NCBI GenBank assembly: GCA_947453375.1
Contig: CANGGT010000002.1
Location: 1-60,576 of the forward strand
From: Planctomycetaceae bacterium
Lineage (GTDB): Bacteria; Planctomycetota; Planctomycetia; Pirellulales; UBA1268
DNA: 60,576 nt
Reading direction: 5' to 3'
Translations under genes and position numbers: made by a program
In this document: positions 60,388-60,576 of the stretch, in pieces
Numbering within the stretch: position 1 is the first letter of the stretch
How the letters are laid out: each line of letters begins with the position of its first letter
Notes under the pieces: generated by a model
What the model was told of the DNA's origin: nothing
The model's database searches: none
Seen by the model: only the letters and a program-made list of their open reading frames with translations

Positions 60388-60576
60388 ATGCCGATGACTG
60401 GCCTCGTTTCCGACCCCGCCGCGCTCCTCCATGACACCGGCCCCGGGCACCCGGAGTGTCCCCGACGGGTGACGGCAATCCTCGATCGGCTCGAGGCCGA
60501 CGGCCTCCTTGGGCGCTGCGTCGCGCTCGGGTCGCGACCGATCACTGACGCCGAGCTCCTTCGCGTCCACACGCCG
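60388..60576 (+). CDS. histone deacetylase-family (AcuC/HDAC-like) amidohydrolase, N-terminal 63 codons (runs off the window end)
   Basis: Not in the track because there is no stop in the window. ATG 60388 gives MPMTGLVSDPAALLHDTGPGHPECPRRVTAILDRLEADGLL...ELLRVHTP, a typical HDAC-family N-terminus. Confidence 0.6.
   Translation, partial: MPMTGLVSDPAALLHDTGPGHPECPRRVTAILDRLEADGLLGRCVALGSRPITDAELLRVHTP

Noticed and set aside
1-60576. CRISPR arrays, IS elements, integrases, prophage genes, rRNA
   Set aside because: I found no regularly spaced repeats, no transposase, integrase or phage-like ORFs, and no rRNA-like sequence while reading both strands. The lower-G+C islet lacks mobility genes.

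Overview
This is a high-G+C (roughly 70% by eye) bacterial chromosomal segment. I call 51 CDS (two of them partial at the window edges), 1 pseudogene and 1 tRNA-Gly(GCC). I saw no rRNA, CRISPR array, transposase or integrase.

The organism looks Planctomycetota-like, which is inference only. The grounds are tandem clpP paralogs after tig, giant TPR and alpha-2-macroglobulin proteins, a TolC-family lipoprotein with a Pro-rich tail, many signal-peptide hypotheticals, weak Shine-Dalgarno usage and frequent GTG/TTG starts.

Housekeeping anchors:
- gap (45838..46854)
- tRNA-Gly / tig / clpP / clpP (51312..48165, minus strand)
- panB
- rpsP-trmD-rplS-yraN (60150..57854, minus strand)
- A YdiJ-like FAD/Fe-S oxidase and an L-lactate permease

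The ORF track is dominated by long antisense or out-of-frame ORFs, as expected at this G+C. I kept the frame that shows recognisable motifs or hydrophobic periodicity, and trimmed N-terminal over-extensions by hand.

Most interesting observations:
1. A tightly coupled nine-gene minus-strand cluster at 36404..45541. It combines a MacB/FtsX-type ABC pump, two paralogous secreted proteins with a CPFC motif at the mature N-terminus, two DUF3299-like CCFG-motif proteins, a DUF4239 membrane protein, an orphan Tat/lipobox UrtA/AmiC-type binding protein and an AIM24 protein. It abuts a TolC-family gene, and no membrane-fusion adaptor is encoded. I cannot place this combination in a described system.
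2. A roughly 2100-aa alpha-2-macroglobulin without a CxEQ thioester and with a Met-rich bait region.
3. An SDR-DUF2867 protein fused to a degenerate M48-peptidase-like membrane domain.
4. A lower-G+C islet carrying RHH-MazF with an apparently leaderless promoter, next to an ATPase gene broken by one TAG.
5. A 29-codon bS22-like basic ORF.
6. A nested 21-bp perfect inverted repeat between convergent genes.

All family names come from manual motif recognition; no searches were run. Stop coordinates are solid. Start codons are best guesses.
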